This document shows, in pieces, positions 27,464 to 38,473 of a DNA stretch of 44,832 bases. Every line of letters begins with the position of its first letter. The stretch's first letter is position 1. The position numbers were made by a program, and so were the translations under genes. This DNA comes from an uncultured Gammaproteobacteria bacterium (GTDB lineage Bacteria; Patescibacteriota; Patescibacteriia; UBA1558; GWA2-36-10). The notes beneath the pieces were generated by a model. The model had not been told where the DNA came from and did not search any database. It saw only the letters and a list, made by a program, of their open reading frames with translations. The DNA is taken from contig CAYZIE010000003.1 of assembly GCA_964478385.1 (NCBI GenBank), positions 1-44,832 of the forward strand, read 5' to 3'.

Positions 27464-29635
27464 ATGAGAAGAAAAAAGAGAAAATATAAAAAACAAACAG
27501 AAGAAAAGCATAGTCATTGGAATCTAAGCGTAGAAACTAAAAGTGGTATTTTTACCATCATAATATTTATAGTTGCTTTTTTAAGTTTTTTATCAATTTT
27601 TGGTTTAGCAGGAAGATTTGGAGAATGGTTGAATATTGGATTAGGTTATTTATTTGGTGCTGCAGATTTGGTTTTCATATTAATACTACTAACACTAGGA
27701 TATATTTTAATAAAGACAAATATAGACTCTCTTAGAAAAACCGTGTATGTAGGATTGTCTATGATTATTATATCTATAACAGGTATATTAAACTTTTTTG
27801 TTAATGAATTTACATTTAGTGAAATAGTTAAAGATGGTATGGGTGGCGGAGCTCTTGGTTTTGTTGTTGGATTTTTAGAAGGAGTTTTAGGTTTTTGGGG
27901 TACACTAATAATATTAATAGGTATATTTTTAATAGGTGTGTTTTTAGCTTTCAATACTTCTTTTAGGGATATTACAGAAAAGGCTAAATCAGCAGGCATT
28001 TTAAAAGAGAAGTTTTTACCCGATACTGATGAATACGATGAAGATTATGAAGTAGAAGAAGAGTATGAGGGCGAAGAAGAGATTGAAGAAGAATACAATG
28101 AAGATGATGAAGTAGAAGAAGAGTATGAGGGCGAAGAAGAAATTGAAGAAGAGGTAGAAGAATCAAAACAAAGAAAAAATTTAAAAACAGAAATTCCTCT
28201 TGATTTATTAACAGACTCATCTACAAAACCAGATTCAGGAGATATTAATTCTAATATGAATAAGATTAAAAAAACTTTTGATAGTTTTGGTATAGAAGTT
28301 ACTATGGTTGATGTTAATGTTGGTCCTACTGTTACTCAATATACACTAAGACCAGCTGAAGGTGTTCGTTTGTCTCAAATGTTAACATTGCAAAATGATT
28401 TAGCTCTAGCACTAGCTGCTCATCCACTAAGAATGGAAGCACCTATACCAGGTAAATCTCTTGTTGGTATAGAAGTTCCAAATCATTCTATATCTACAGT
28501 TAAACTTAAAAGTATATTAGGTAGTAATACATATAAACAAGATAAGGGAAACTTAAAACTAGGTTTAGGTAAGGATGTAGCTGGTAATTCTATCATAGCT
28601 GATTTAACAAAAATGCCTCATTTACTAATAGCTGGTGCAACTAACTCTGGTAAATCAGTGGCTATTAATAATATTATAATAAGTTTAATGTATCAGTGTT
28701 CTCCTCAAGAGTTAAATTTTATTTTAATAGATCCAAAAAGAGTAGAATTAGTTAACTTTCAAGATATACCACATTTGATAACACCTGTGATTAATGATGC
28801 TGATAAAGCTATAAATGCCTTACGTTGGGTTATCAAAACAATGCATGAAAGATATAAATTACTACAAGCAGCAAACAAAAAGAATATCAATAGTTATAAT
28901 AAATCAGTTATAGTAAATAAATTACCATATATGGTAGTTATTATAGACGAATTCTCTGCATTAATGTCTATGGCTTCTAAAGAAATTGAAAGTGCTGTAG
29001 TAAGTTTAGCTCAACTAGGTAGAGCAGCTGGTATACATTTAATATTAGCAACACAACGTCCTTCTGTTGATGTTATAACAGGTTTAATTAAAGCAAATAT
29101 GCCATCACGTATAGCTTTTGCTGTAGCTTCGGCAACTGATTCAAAAACTATCTTAGATTCATCTGGTGCAGAAAAATTATTAGGAAATGGTGATATGTTG
29201 TTTGTAACATCAGATGCTTCTAAACCAAAAAGAATTCAAGGAGCATACACTACAGATGAGGAGGTTATGAGTGTTGTTAATCATATAAAAGAACAAGCTA
29301 AGCCAGAATACAATGATAGTGTTGTAGAAAAAACAACTGGACACACACCAGGTTTTGGTCTTAGTGATGATAATGAAGATTCTTTAACAGAAGAAGCAAA
29401 AGAAATCGTTTTAAAAGCAGGAAAAGCTTCAGCAACATTATTACAACGTCATTTAAGAATTGGCTATCCTCGTGCCGCTTCTTTATTAGACGCATTAGAA
29501 AACATGGGAGTGGTTGGTCCTGCTGATGGTTCTAAAGCTCGTGAAGTGTTGATATCACAAGAAGATTTAGAAGAAAATTTTTCTTCAACATTAGATGAAG
29601 AAGATGTTGATGAACTTGAAGATATTGAAGAATAA
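27464..29635 (+). CDS. ftsK: DNA translocase FtsK/SpoIIIE
   Basis: 723 aa; N-terminal TM helices, acidic linker, Walker A GATNSGKS, Walker B VVIIDEF, gamma winged helix LLQRHLRIGYPRAASLLD. Confidence 0.93.
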   Translation: MRRKKRKYKKQTEEKHSHWNLSVETKSGIFTIIIFIVAFLSFLSIFGLAGRFGEWLNIGLGYLFGAADLVFILILLTLGYILIKTNIDSLRKTVYVGLSMIIISITGILNFFVNEFTFSEIVKDGMGGGALGFVVGFLEGVLGFWGTLIILIGIFLIGVFLAFNTSFRDITEKAKSAGILKEKFLPDTDEYDEDYEVEEEYEGEEEIEEEYNEDDEVEEEYEGEEEIEEEVEESKQRKNLKTEIPLDLLTDSSTKPDSGDINSNMNKIKKTFDSFGIEVTMVDVNVGPTVTQYTLRPAEGVRLSQMLTLQNDLALALAAHPLRMEAPIPGKSLVGIEVPNHSISTVKLKSILGSNTYKQDKGNLKLGLGKDVAGNSIIADLTKMPHLLIAGATNSGKSVAINNIIISLMYQCSPQELNFILIDPKRVELVNFQDIPHLITPVINDADKAINALRWVIKTMHERYKLLQAANKKNINSYNKSVIVNKLPYMVVIIDEFSALMSMASKEIESAVVSLAQLGRAAGIHLILATQRPSVDVITGLIKANMPSRIAFAVASATDSKTILDSSGAEKLLGNGDMLFVTSDASKPKRIQGAYTTDEEVMSVVNHIKEQAKPEYNDSVVEKTTGHTPGFGLSDDNEDSLTEEAKEIVLKAGKASATLLQRHLRIGYPRAASLLDALENMGVVGPADGSKAREVLISQEDLEENFSSTLDEEDVDELEDIEE
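28031..28150 (+). repeat. 2 x 60-bp in-frame tandem duplication (57/60 identical) in the acidic FtsK linker
   Basis: 28031..28090 against 28091..28150 has 3 mismatches. It encodes EYDEDYEVEEEYEGEEEIEE / EYNEDDEVEEEYEGEEEIEE. Confidence 0.9.
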
Positions 29636-29640
29636 AATTT

Positions 29641-30330
29641 ATGTCTGGTTTTAAAAAAAAGAAAATAACAAAAGGACAAGTTTTGTCTGATAAATTAAAG
29701 AAAGCTCGTTTAGAAAATGACCTTTCTTTATTAGATTTACAAGAAAAAACTAAGATACAAGAAAAATATTTAAAAGCACTAGAAGATGGTGAGTATGAAA
29801 AGTTACCAGGAGATGTTTATGCTCGTACTTGGATCAAAGTATGTGCTAAAGTTTTAAATCTACCAGTTAAAGAATTATTAGACGATTATTCTGTAGAAAA
29901 ATCTGTTATAACAAATACAAATAACTTAACAAAAGAAGAAAAAAGAACAAATAGTATTAAACATAATATACTTAAACCAAGGGTTATTAATTTTTTTATC
30001 ATAACTTTAGTATTATTATCTTTATTAGGTTATTTGGTATTTGAGGTTGTTAATATAATTAAACAACCACAGATTACAATTACAGAACCGGTTAATAATT
30101 TCAGAACAACTGATAATAATATATTAATTAAAGGTACTACAGAAATTGGTGTAGAATTAAAAATAAACAATGAAACAATACTATTAAATAATGATGGTTT
30201 GTTTGAAAAAAACATTAATTTATCAATGGGCTTGAATAATTTAATAATAAGTGTTAAAAAGAAACATAGTAGGACTAATAATATAGAATTAACTATATTT
30301 AGAGAGTCTTTGGAGGAGGAAGATAATTAG
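29641..30330 (+). CDS. RodZ-like HTH-domain membrane protein
   Basis: 229 aa; N-terminal XRE-type HTH, single TM helix, C-terminal beta-rich domain. Confidence 0.65.
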   Translation: MSGFKKKKITKGQVLSDKLKKARLENDLSLLDLQEKTKIQEKYLKALEDGEYEKLPGDVYARTWIKVCAKVLNLPVKELLDDYSVEKSVITNTNNLTKEEKRTNSIKHNILKPRVINFFIITLVLLSLLGYLVFEVVNIIKQPQITITEPVNNFRTTDNNILIKGTTEIGVELKINNETILLNNDGLFEKNINLSMGLNNLIISVKKKHSRTNNIELTIFRESLEEEDN

Positions 30331-30379
30331 TAAAAAGCAAGCAATACAGGCTAGTTTGCTGTATAAAGGAAGTAAAATT

Positions 30380-31393
30380 ATGTCTAAAAGTAAAGATAAA
30401 AAAGATAAAAATGATCAAGCTGCAAAAACAGCTATAGATCAAATACGTGAACGCTTTGGTGAGGGTTCAATAATGAAATTAGGTGAAGCTAAAGCAATGA
30501 ATGTTGATTCAATTAGTACTGGTTGTTTGTCTTTGGATATAGCGCTAGGTGTTGGTGGTGTTCCAAAGGGTAGGGTAGTAGAGATATATGGCCCAGAATC
30601 ATCTGGTAAAACAACATTAGCTCAACATATAGTAGCTGAAGCTCAAAAAGTAGGTAAGGTTGCAGCTTTTGTTGATGCAGAACATGCTTTGGATCCAGAC
30701 TATGCTAAAAGAATAGGTGTTAATATAGATGATTTATTAATTTCACAACCAGATACAGGAGAGCAAGCTCTTGATATTGTAGAAACACTAGTTCGTTCCG
30801 GGGGCATTGATGTTATAGTAGTAGATTCAGTAGCAGCTTTAGTTCCCAAAGCAGAAATAGAAGGTGATATGGGAGATTCTCATATGGGCTTACAAGCTCG
30901 TTTAATGAGTCAAGCACTTAGAAAATTAGCAGGTATTGTTCATAAGAGTAATACAATGGTTATATTTATTAACCAAATAAGAATGAAGATAGGTGTATTT
31001 TTTGGGAATCCAGAAACAACAACTGGTGGTAATGCTTTAAGGTTTTATTCTTCTGTAAGAATTGAAGTTAGAAGATCTGCTCAAATAAAACAAGCTGAAA
31101 AAATCATTGGTAATCAAGTTAAAGCTAAGGTAGTAAAAAATAAAGTAGCAGCACCATTTAAAACTACAGTTTTTGATATTATGTATAATGAAGGTATATC
31201 TATTGCTGGAGATATATTAGATACTGGTTTAAATTTTGGAGTAATACAAAAAGCTGGTAACTCATATTCTTATGGAGATACAAAATTAGGTGTAGGAAGA
31301 GAAAACGCTAAAAGATACCTTAAGGAAAATAATAAATTAATAAAAGAAATTAAAGAAAAGATTTGGAAAGAATATAAATCAGCAGAAGTATAA
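30380..31393 (+). CDS. recA: recombinase RecA
   Basis: Start moved from TTG 30356 to ATG 30380. Walker [10 protein letters not shown]. Confidence 0.97.
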   Translation: MSKSKDKKDKNDQAAKTAIDQIRERFGEGSIMKLGEAKAMNVDSISTGCLSLDIALGVGGVPKGRVVEIYGPESSGKTTLAQHIVAEAQKVGKVAAFVDAEHALDPDYAKRIGVNIDDLLISQPDTGEQALDIVETLVRSGGIDVIVVDSVAALVPKAEIEGDMGDSHMGLQARLMSQALRKLAGIVHKSNTMVIFINQIRMKIGVFFGNPETTTGGNALRFYSSVRIEVRRSAQIKQAEKIIGNQVKAKVVKNKVAAPFKTTVFDIMYNEGISIAGDILDTGLNFGVIQKAGNSYSYGDTKLGVGRENAKRYLKENNKLIKEIKEKIWKEYKSAEV

Positions 31394-31408
31394 ATATCTA
31401 AATTATAA

Positions 31409-31438
31409 AACAACCACCTTTTGGCGGTTGTTTTTTTT
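31409..31438 (+). terminator. rho-independent terminator after recA
   Basis: ACAACCACC-tttt-GGCGGTTGT (one mismatch) followed by T8. Confidence 0.7.
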
Positions 31439-31478
31439 ATGACTAATTAGTATAATTTTATTATTAAGTAAAATACAA

Positions 31479-32903
31479 ATGTCAGTAGCTAATAAAATAT
31501 TTATTAATACATTATGGCAAGTAGTTATACGTATAACTAGTATTATTATAGGTGTTTTTAATTTAGCTTTAATAACTAGAATATTAGGGCAAGAAAACTT
31601 TGGTTTTTATACTACTATTTTTGCTTTCGTACAAATGTTCATGGTTCTTTCTGATTTAGGATTGTATTTAGTCTTATTAAGAGAAATATCATCTACTGAA
31701 GACAAAGAAAAAGAAAATAAAATAGTAAATAATATTTTTACTATTCGTGTTTTATCTTCTTTTATAATTTTAATTTTAATACCATTAAGTATTCAGTTTT
31801 TTCCTTATCAAGAAGTTGTAAAAACAGGTGTTGTTTATTTTATGCTTGCTTTCTTTTTTCAAAGTTTAATTTCTACTTTAAGCGCAGTTTTTGCTAAGAA
31901 GTTAGCAATGCCTAAAGTTGCTATAACTGATATTTTAAACAAAGGAATTTATTTTATAGTATTATTATATTATTTTAATAGTATTAATTTAAATACAGTT
32001 TTATTATTTAATTCTATTACACAAGGCTTGGCATTCATATTACTATATATATTTTTAAGAAAATATATCACATTATCTTTTGCTTGGGATTTTAAATATT
32101 GGAAAAGGGTTTTTCATTATGCTTGGCCACTATCAATTACTGTAGTTTTAAATTTAGTATACTTTAGAGCAGATACTTTAATATTATCAGCTTTTCAAAG
32201 TCCTTCTGATGTTGGTATTTATGGTGCTCCTTACAGGATCCTAGAAGTTTTAGCTACATTTCCCCATATGTTTTTAAGTTTAATGCTTCCATTGTTTACT
32301 GCAGCCTGGATTAGTAAAAACTTGGATAAATTAAAAAGAGTTTGGCAGTATAGTTTTGATTTTTTTAGTATTATAACAATAGGTATAATTGCTTTGGTTT
32401 GGTTAATTAGTGAAAAAGCAATGATTATTTTAGCCGGTAAAGAATTTGCTGTTTCTGGAGGAGTTTTAAACATATTAATTATAGCTACAGCAGCTATTTT
32501 CTTTGGAACACTGTTTATTTATCTAGTAATTGCATTACAAGCTCAAAAACAAATGATTAAATATTTTTTTATAACAGCTGTTTTAGCAATAATATCTTAT
32601 TTTGTATTTATACCACTATATTCTTACTGGGCAGCAGCCATTATTACGTTAATAGTCGAAGTATTAATACTATATTTTGCTTATTCTGTAATTAAAAAGA
32701 ATGTTAATATTAGACTTAACTATATTGTTTTAAGAAAAAGTTTATTAGCAGGTTGTTTGGCTTTTGTTGTAACTTGGTTTATAAAAGATATTAATTTTAT
32801 TTTAACTATTATTATATTTTCATTAATTTATTTATTAGTATTATATTTAAACAAAGCAATATCCAAAGAAATATTTAAAAAATTAATAACTAAAGATATA
32901 TGA
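31479..32903 (+). CDS. MOP-superfamily polysaccharide/lipid-linked oligosaccharide flippase (Wzx/MurJ-like)
   Basis: 474 aa; about 14 TM helices with the typical polysaccharide-biosynthesis-protein layout. Confidence 0.7.
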   Translation: MSVANKIFINTLWQVVIRITSIIIGVFNLALITRILGQENFGFYTTIFAFVQMFMVLSDLGLYLVLLREISSTEDKEKENKIVNNIFTIRVLSSFIILILIPLSIQFFPYQEVVKTGVVYFMLAFFFQSLISTLSAVFAKKLAMPKVAITDILNKGIYFIVLLYYFNSINLNTVLLFNSITQGLAFILLYIFLRKYITLSFAWDFKYWKRVFHYAWPLSITVVLNLVYFRADTLILSAFQSPSDVGIYGAPYRILEVLATFPHMFLSLMLPLFTAAWISKNLDKLKRVWQYSFDFFSIITIGIIALVWLISEKAMIILAGKEFAVSGGVLNILIIATAAIFFGTLFIYLVIALQAQKQMIKYFFITAVLAIISYFVFIPLYSYWAAAIITLIVEVLILYFAYSVIKKNVNIRLNYIVLRKSLLAGCLAFVVTWFIKDINFILTIIIFSLIYLLVLYLNKAISKEIFKKLITKDI

Positions 32904-34192
32904 TTATTTGGTTAATTACAATTATATTTTTATTATTCTTTTCCTACTTTTCTTATATGAATATAGTTTATGGTTTAAGTGTAATAATAATATTACTACC
33001 TAGTTATTTATTAAGATTATCTTTTTTTGGTTTACCAACTACACTCTTAGAGTTAATGATTGTTTTACTTTTTATTATTTGGTTATTAAAAGATAAAAAG
33101 TATACAAGGATTAATTTTATTTTTAAAAATAAAAGTGAAAACAGAATACCAAAAATATTAAGGTGTTTATTATTATTATGGATTATGGCTAGTTTACTTG
33201 GTTTGTATATTAACCCTACTTATTCAGCTCTTGGTTTATGGAGAGCATATTATTTAGAACCAATGATGTTCTTTTTAATTTTTATATATTCCGTGAATAG
33301 TATAAAAGATATAAAATATATAATTAATTCTTTATTTGTTTTAATTCTTTATTTGTTTATAGTAGGTGTTTTTCAATATTTTACTGATTGGAATCTTTTA
33401 TCAGCATATAATTACCCTAACCCTAAAAGATTAACATCTGTTTTTTCTTATCCTAATGCTTTAAGTTTATTAATAGCTCCAATATCATCTTTTTTTATAG
33501 GTTTATGGTTATCATCTAAAGATAAAATAAAAAATATACTCTATTTTATTATTTTTATAACTAATTTTATTTTAATAATTTTAAGTAAAAGTCATGGTGC
33601 TATTTTAGCTATATTATTAACATTATTATTTTATTTATTCTTTACTAAAAAAATACAAAAAGTATTAAAATTATTTATTTTTTTAATATTTTCTATTATT
33701 CTATTTTTATTACCATTAAATAATTATTATACAAATATTAAACAACAACTATTTAATCCAATCTTAGATTTAAATGCTACATCTTTAGAAATAAGGAGTA
33801 GTCAATGGCAAGAAACATTCTTAATGTTAAAAGATAATTTTATCACTGGAGCTGGTGTTGATGGCTATCAAAGCATTATGAATCAATATCATAAAATAGA
33901 CTGGTTAGAAGTTTATCTTTATCCGCATAATATATTTTTGAATTTTTGGAGTGAAATAGGTTTGTTTGGGTTATTAATATTTCTTTCTTTATTTGTTTAT
34001 ATAATTTATTTATTAAAAATCTTGTTTAAGAAAAAACATAAACTAAGTTTAGCACTATCAATGTCTTGGTCTGTTTGGTTTATTCATGGTTTGGTTGATG
34101 TTCCTTATTTTAAAAATGATCTTAGTGTTTTATTTTTTATACTTTTTGCTTTAACAACCGTTTCTTTTAATTTATTTAATAATGAAGATTAA
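32900..34192 (+). CDS. O-antigen ligase/polymerase-like (Wzy_C-type) membrane protein
   Basis: 430 aa, polytopic, with one larger loop; ATGA overlap with the flippase. Confidence 0.65.
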   Translation: MIIWLITIIFLLFFSYFSYMNIVYGLSVIIILLPSYLLRLSFFGLPTTLLELMIVLLFIIWLLKDKKYTRINFIFKNKSENRIPKILRCLLLLWIMASLLGLYINPTYSALGLWRAYYLEPMMFFLIFIYSVNSIKDIKYIINSLFVLILYLFIVGVFQYFTDWNLLSAYNYPNPKRLTSVFSYPNALSLLIAPISSFFIGLWLSSKDKIKNILYFIIFITNFILIILSKSHGAILAILLTLLFYLFFTKKIQKVLKLFIFLIFSIILFLLPLNNYYTNIKQQLFNPILDLNATSLEIRSSQWQETFLMLKDNFITGAGVDGYQSIMNQYHKIDWLEVYLYPHNIFLNFWSEIGLFGLLIFLSLFVYIIYLLKILFKKKHKLSLALSMSWSVWFIHGLVDVPYFKNDLSVLFFILFALTTVSFNLFNNED

Positions 34193-35243
34193 ATTATTAT
34201 TTATAGTTATAATATTTTTAAGCTTGGCTGTTTTTTTACATTTTTATAATACAAAGCTAGAAAAAAGAAATAAGTTTTCTGAACCATCTATATTATCATT
34301 TGATTATTTTAAAGATAAGATAGAGAAAGAGAAGAGAAAAAATAAGGTTACTACTATATTGTTTACAGGAGATATAATGCTAGCTAGAAATGTAGCTTAC
34401 TTATCTAATAAAAACAATAATTTATTTTATCCATTTCTTAATATACACAGTTTTTTACAAGAAACAGACTATACTATAGGTAATTTAGAAGGCCCAATAC
34501 TTGAAGGTTATTTCCATGTGCCTAGTGGTAGTTTTCGTTTTTCATTTACACCATCTATTGTTGAAATATTACATAAAACAGGATTTGATTTATTATCATT
34601 AGCAAATAATCATATGTTGGATGCTGGAGAAGATGGTTGGAGAGAAACAAAAGAACAACTAAGTAGATTTAATATTAATAGTTTTGGCCAACCATTTGAT
34701 TCCGGGCAAGATAATGGATTTTTGCTAGAATTAAACGATAAGAAAATAATGTTATTTGGATTATATACTTTTAATTATGATTTTTCATTTGATAAAACTA
34801 TTAAAAATATTAGTAATCAGGTTAGTGATGGTGTTATAGACATAGTTTTTGTTCATTGGGGCGATGAATATCAATTAAAACATAATTACACCCAAGAAGA
34901 ATTAGCACATACATTAATAGACAATGGAGTAGATATGGTAATTGGTCACCACCCGCACGTAGTTCAAGATATTGAAGAATATAATAATAAATTGATTTTT
35001 TATTCTTTAGGTAACTTTATTTTTGATCAGTATTTTTCCAAAGAAACACAGCAAGGTTTAGTATTAAAATTAAATTTAAGTAATATTAAAAATACAGTAG
35101 AATTATTTCCTGTTGATATGGTTAAATCACAACCAGAGTTAATGATTGATAATGAAGTATTTTTACAAGATTTATCTAAGAGAAGCACTAAAGAATTAGA
35201 AGATAAAATTAATCAAGGTTTAATACAATTTATATACAACTAA
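34182..35243 (+). CDS. CapA-family (PGA_cap) metallophosphatase-like protein
   Basis: 353 aa; signal anchor; motifs FTGDIMLARN, GNLEGP, LANNHMLDAG, HWGDEY, GHHPHV, SLGNFIFDQ. Confidence 0.8.
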   Translation: MKIKLLFIVIIFLSLAVFLHFYNTKLEKRNKFSEPSILSFDYFKDKIEKEKRKNKVTTILFTGDIMLARNVAYLSNKNNNLFYPFLNIHSFLQETDYTIGNLEGPILEGYFHVPSGSFRFSFTPSIVEILHKTGFDLLSLANNHMLDAGEDGWRETKEQLSRFNINSFGQPFDSGQDNGFLLELNDKKIMLFGLYTFNYDFSFDKTIKNISNQVSDGVIDIVFVHWGDEYQLKHNYTQEELAHTLIDNGVDMVIGHHPHVVQDIEEYNNKLIFYSLGNFIFDQYFSKETQQGLVLKLNLSNIKNTVELFPVDMVKSQPELMIDNEVFLQDLSKRSTKELEDKINQGLIQFIYN

Positions 35244-35244
35244 T

Positions 35245-35886
35245 ATGTTAAAATTAATTTCTATTATTAAAAAAAGTTTAATTCATCCCTCTGTAATAAT
35301 ACTATTATTAGTTAATATAATACCTATGGCGGGTGTTATTTATTTTTCTTGGGATGTATTTGCTATTATGATTCTTTATTGGTTAGAAAGTGTTATAGTA
35401 GGATTTTTAAATGTTGTAAGGATGATTAAGATTAATAATAATTCTTTAAACTCTAAATTTATTCCATTCTTTATTGTACATTTTACAATATTTATGTTTG
35501 TTTATCTGTTTTTTATATTATCAATATTCAAACCTCATTTAAATGAATTCAATAATCAAGTTGAAGGTATAGTTTCATTATTTAAATACTTTTCTAATAT
35601 ATTTATATCTTTTTCTTTATTATTTCTTAGTCATGGTATATCTTTTGCGTATAATTTTGTTTATAAAAAAGAATATAAAAAGATAAATTTAAAAAAACAA
35701 ATGCTTAAACCGTATCGTAGAATAGTTATAATGCATTTTGTTTTAATATTTAGTAGTATAATTATGACAAGGTTAAATATAACAATTGATGTATCAGCTA
35801 TATTAGTATTAGTAGTATTAAAAATATTTTTTGATTTAATATCTCATATTAAAGAACATTATTCTACAACAATTAATTTACAATAA
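35245..35886 (+). CDS. polytopic membrane protein of unknown function
   Basis: 213 aa; about 6 hydrophobic helices; embedded in the envelope block. Confidence 0.5.
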   Translation: MLKLISIIKKSLIHPSVIILLLVNIIPMAGVIYFSWDVFAIMILYWLESVIVGFLNVVRMIKINNNSLNSKFIPFFIVHFTIFMFVYLFFILSIFKPHLNEFNNQVEGIVSLFKYFSNIFISFSLLFLSHGISFAYNFVYKKEYKKINLKKQMLKPYRRIVIMHFVLIFSSIIMTRLNITIDVSAILVLVVLKIFFDLISHIKEHYSTTINLQ

Positions 35887-35896
35887 GTACCATTTT

Positions 35897-35905
35897 TGGT
35901 ATAAT
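35897..35905 (+). promoter_or_regulatory. extended -10 (TGgTATAAT) 8 nt before the galU ATG
   Basis: TGGTATAAT at 35897..35905; no SD; implies a leaderless or near-leaderless mRNA. Confidence 0.4.
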
Positions 35906-35913
35906 ATTATTAT

Positions 35914-36774
35914 ATGAAAAAAATTAAAAAAGCAGTTATACCTGTAGCTGGTCTTGGTACTAGATTTTTACCAGCAACCAAAGCACAACCAAAAGAAATG
36001 TTAACTTTAGTTGATAAACCACTTATTCAATACATAGTTGAAGAAGCGGTAGCATCAGGTATTGAAGAGATTATTTTTGTAACCTCTTCTACTAAAAGAG
36101 CGATTGAAGATCATTTTGATCGTAGTTTTGAATTAGAATATAGATTAAGACAAAAAGGCAAGAAAAAAGAGCTTGAAGAAATAGTAAGTATTTCTAGTAT
36201 GGTTAATTTTGTTTATGTTAGACAAAAAACACCAAAAGGATTAGGCCATGCTATATATACAGCTAAAGATTTAATAGGTGATGAACCTTTTGCTGTATTA
36301 TTGGGTGATGATATTATTGATTCACGTATTCCAGCTATGAAACAAATGATTAATGTTTATGAAAAATATGGTGATATGGTTGTTGGAGTAACAAAAGTAG
36401 CTAAAAAAGAAACAAATAGATATGGAATTATTGATCCCATTGTTATAAACAACAAAGTTTCAGAAATAAAAAAAATGATAGAAAAACCTAAACCCGCTAA
36501 AGCACCTTCTTGTTTAGCTGTTACTGGTAGATATGTTTTAACTCCAGAGATTTTTAAATATTTATCTAAAGGTAAAAAGGGAGCTGGTGGGGAAATTCAA
36601 CTAACCGATGCTATAGCCGAACATATTAAAAACAAAGCTGGTTATGCTTGTACTTATGATGGTAAATACTATGATTGTGGTAGTAAACTAGAGTTTGTTA
36701 AAGCTATTATAGACTTTGGTTTAAAAAGAAAAGAGTATAGAGCAGCTTTAAAGAAACATATAAAAAGTATATGA
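35914..36774 (+). CDS. galU: UTP--glucose-1-phosphate uridylyltransferase
   Basis: 286 aa; VIPVAGLGTRFLPATKAQPKEML motif. Confidence 0.9.
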   Translation: MKKIKKAVIPVAGLGTRFLPATKAQPKEMLTLVDKPLIQYIVEEAVASGIEEIIFVTSSTKRAIEDHFDRSFELEYRLRQKGKKKELEEIVSISSMVNFVYVRQKTPKGLGHAIYTAKDLIGDEPFAVLLGDDIIDSRIPAMKQMINVYEKYGDMVVGVTKVAKKETNRYGIIDPIVINNKVSEIKKMIEKPKPAKAPSCLAVTGRYVLTPEIFKYLSKGKKGAGGEIQLTDAIAEHIKNKAGYACTYDGKYYDCGSKLEFVKAIIDFGLKRKEYRAALKKHIKSI

Positions 36775-38132
36775 GATATAAACTAATTACAATTTCAATT
36801 TTATTTATACTCTTAATAACATCTGGTTTTGGTTGTAAATGGAATCCTTTTAAAAACAGAGGTATAGAGTATAAACCTGTTACTTTAGAGTATTGGGGTG
36901 TTTGGGATACACAAGCACAAATAAATCAAATAATCAGTAAATATAAATCTACACATCCAACTGTTAAAATTAATTATAAAAATTTTAGATATGATGAGTA
37001 TGAAGATAAACTATTAGAAGGTTGGGCATTTGGCAATGGGCCAGATTTATTCGCTATACCAGTATCTTGGTTAAAAAAATATCAAGAACACTTAGAACCA
37101 ATGCCTTCTGTTACAAAGATTCCAGTTCAGGAAGTTAAAGGTACAATTAAAAAAGAAGTTATTACCACATTAAAATCTTTTAAGGGCTTATCTTCTTATG
37201 ATATCAAACAAAAATATGTTCCAGTTGTTTATGATAATATAGTTATTGATAATAAAATTTATGGACTACCATATTATTTAGATAGTTTAGTAACATTTTA
37301 TAATTCTGATTTATTAATAAGTTCAGGTATAGCAGAACCAATAAATGATTTTCACGATTTAATAGAACAAGTTCCAAAACTTACCAAGGCTACACAAGAT
37401 GGTCATATTTATCAATCAGCAGTAGCTTTAGGTGGTACAGATAATATACCTAGATTTTTTGATATTTTTTCTAGTATAATGTTACAAAACGGTGTTCAAG
37501 CTAAAGGGGATAGATTTGATCCATTAGAAGATTATAATTCAGCAGAAAGATTATCAGGTACATTTAGTTTCTATACTGATTTTATGAAACCAGGAAGAGC
37601 TAGTTATAGTTGGACAAAGGATAATCCAAATGCTTTTGAAATGTTTATAAACAATAGACTAGCGTATTTCTTTGGGTATAGTTATCATGCAGATGATTTA
37701 AGAGAAAGAGGTGTTCAATTTCAGTGGGATATAACTAACTTTCCTCAAACAAGAGGAGCTGAAGGTACTAAGTATTATGCTAATTATTGGGTTAATGTTG
37801 TTTTTAATAAATCTCCTAATAAATCAGCTGCTTGGAATTTTATTCAAAGTTCAGCTACTGATAATTCAATAAAAGACTTTTTAAGAGATAATAAGAAGCC
37901 AACCGCTTTAAGATCTTTTGTAAATGAACAGATGCAAGATAATAATTTAAGGGTTTTTGCTTCTCAAGTTTTAACAGCAGATAATTGGTATAATGGATAT
38001 AATTTTGAACTAGCAGAAGAGTATTTAGCAGACACTATAGATGGATTAATAGAAGGAAGATATACATTAGCTCCACGAGATAAGTTATTAGAATTATTTG
38101 TTAGCCGTATTAATCAAACATATTATAAATAA
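36771..38132 (+). CDS. extracellular solute-binding lipoprotein (family-1 ABC substrate-binding fold), orphan
   Basis: 453 aa; lipobox TSGFG-C; sugar-SBP-like N-terminal pattern; no permease or ATPase in the window. Confidence 0.7.
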   Translation: MRYKLITISILFILLITSGFGCKWNPFKNRGIEYKPVTLEYWGVWDTQAQINQIISKYKSTHPTVKINYKNFRYDEYEDKLLEGWAFGNGPDLFAIPVSWLKKYQEHLEPMPSVTKIPVQEVKGTIKKEVITTLKSFKGLSSYDIKQKYVPVVYDNIVIDNKIYGLPYYLDSLVTFYNSDLLISSGIAEPINDFHDLIEQVPKLTKATQDGHIYQSAVALGGTDNIPRFFDIFSSIMLQNGVQAKGDRFDPLEDYNSAERLSGTFSFYTDFMKPGRASYSWTKDNPNAFEMFINNRLAYFFGYSYHADDLRERGVQFQWDITNFPQTRGAEGTKYYANYWVNVVFNKSPNKSAAWNFIQSSATDNSIKDFLRDNKKPTALRSFVNEQMQDNNLRVFASQVLTADNWYNGYNFELAEEYLADTIDGLIEGRYTLAPRDKLLELFVSRINQTYYK

Positions 38133-38139
38133 ATATATT

Positions 38140-38466
38140 ATGAAAAATAAAAAAACATTTATTATTTTAAGTATTGCGCTTACACCACTATTGGTTAATG
38201 CTAGTGTAGTAAGTTTACCTAAGCCACTATCTGCTGATAGCATTCCAGATCTTGCTGCTAATATGATTAACGGAATACTAGGCATTACAGGTGCTATTGC
38301 TTTATTCTACTTTGTTTGGGGAGGTTTAACATGGATGACTTCTGGTGGTAATGCAGAAAAGATTAAAAAAGGTAAAGATACAATAGTTTGGGCTATTTTT
38401 GGTCTAGCAGCTATCTTTGGTAGTTATGTTGTATTAAATTTTGTTTTTACAAAATTACTTCAGTAA
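38140..38466 (+). CDS. TrbC/VirB2-like (T4SS-pilin-type) small membrane protein, paralogue 1
   Basis: Start moved to ATG 38140. Signal peptide, SIPDLAANMINGILG helix, GGLTWMTSGGNAEKIKKG loop, second helix. Confidence 0.7.
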   Translation: MKNKKTFIILSIALTPLLVNASVVSLPKPLSADSIPDLAANMINGILGITGAIALFYFVWGGLTWMTSGGNAEKIKKGKDTIVWAIFGLAAIFGSYVVLNFVFTKLLQ

Positions 38467-38473
38467 TAAATAG

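Noticed and set aside
28031-28150. Regular 60-bp repeats as a possible CRISPR or minisatellite locus
   Set aside because: There are only two and a bit units, they are contiguous with no spacers, and they lie in frame inside ftsK. This is a coding tandem duplication.
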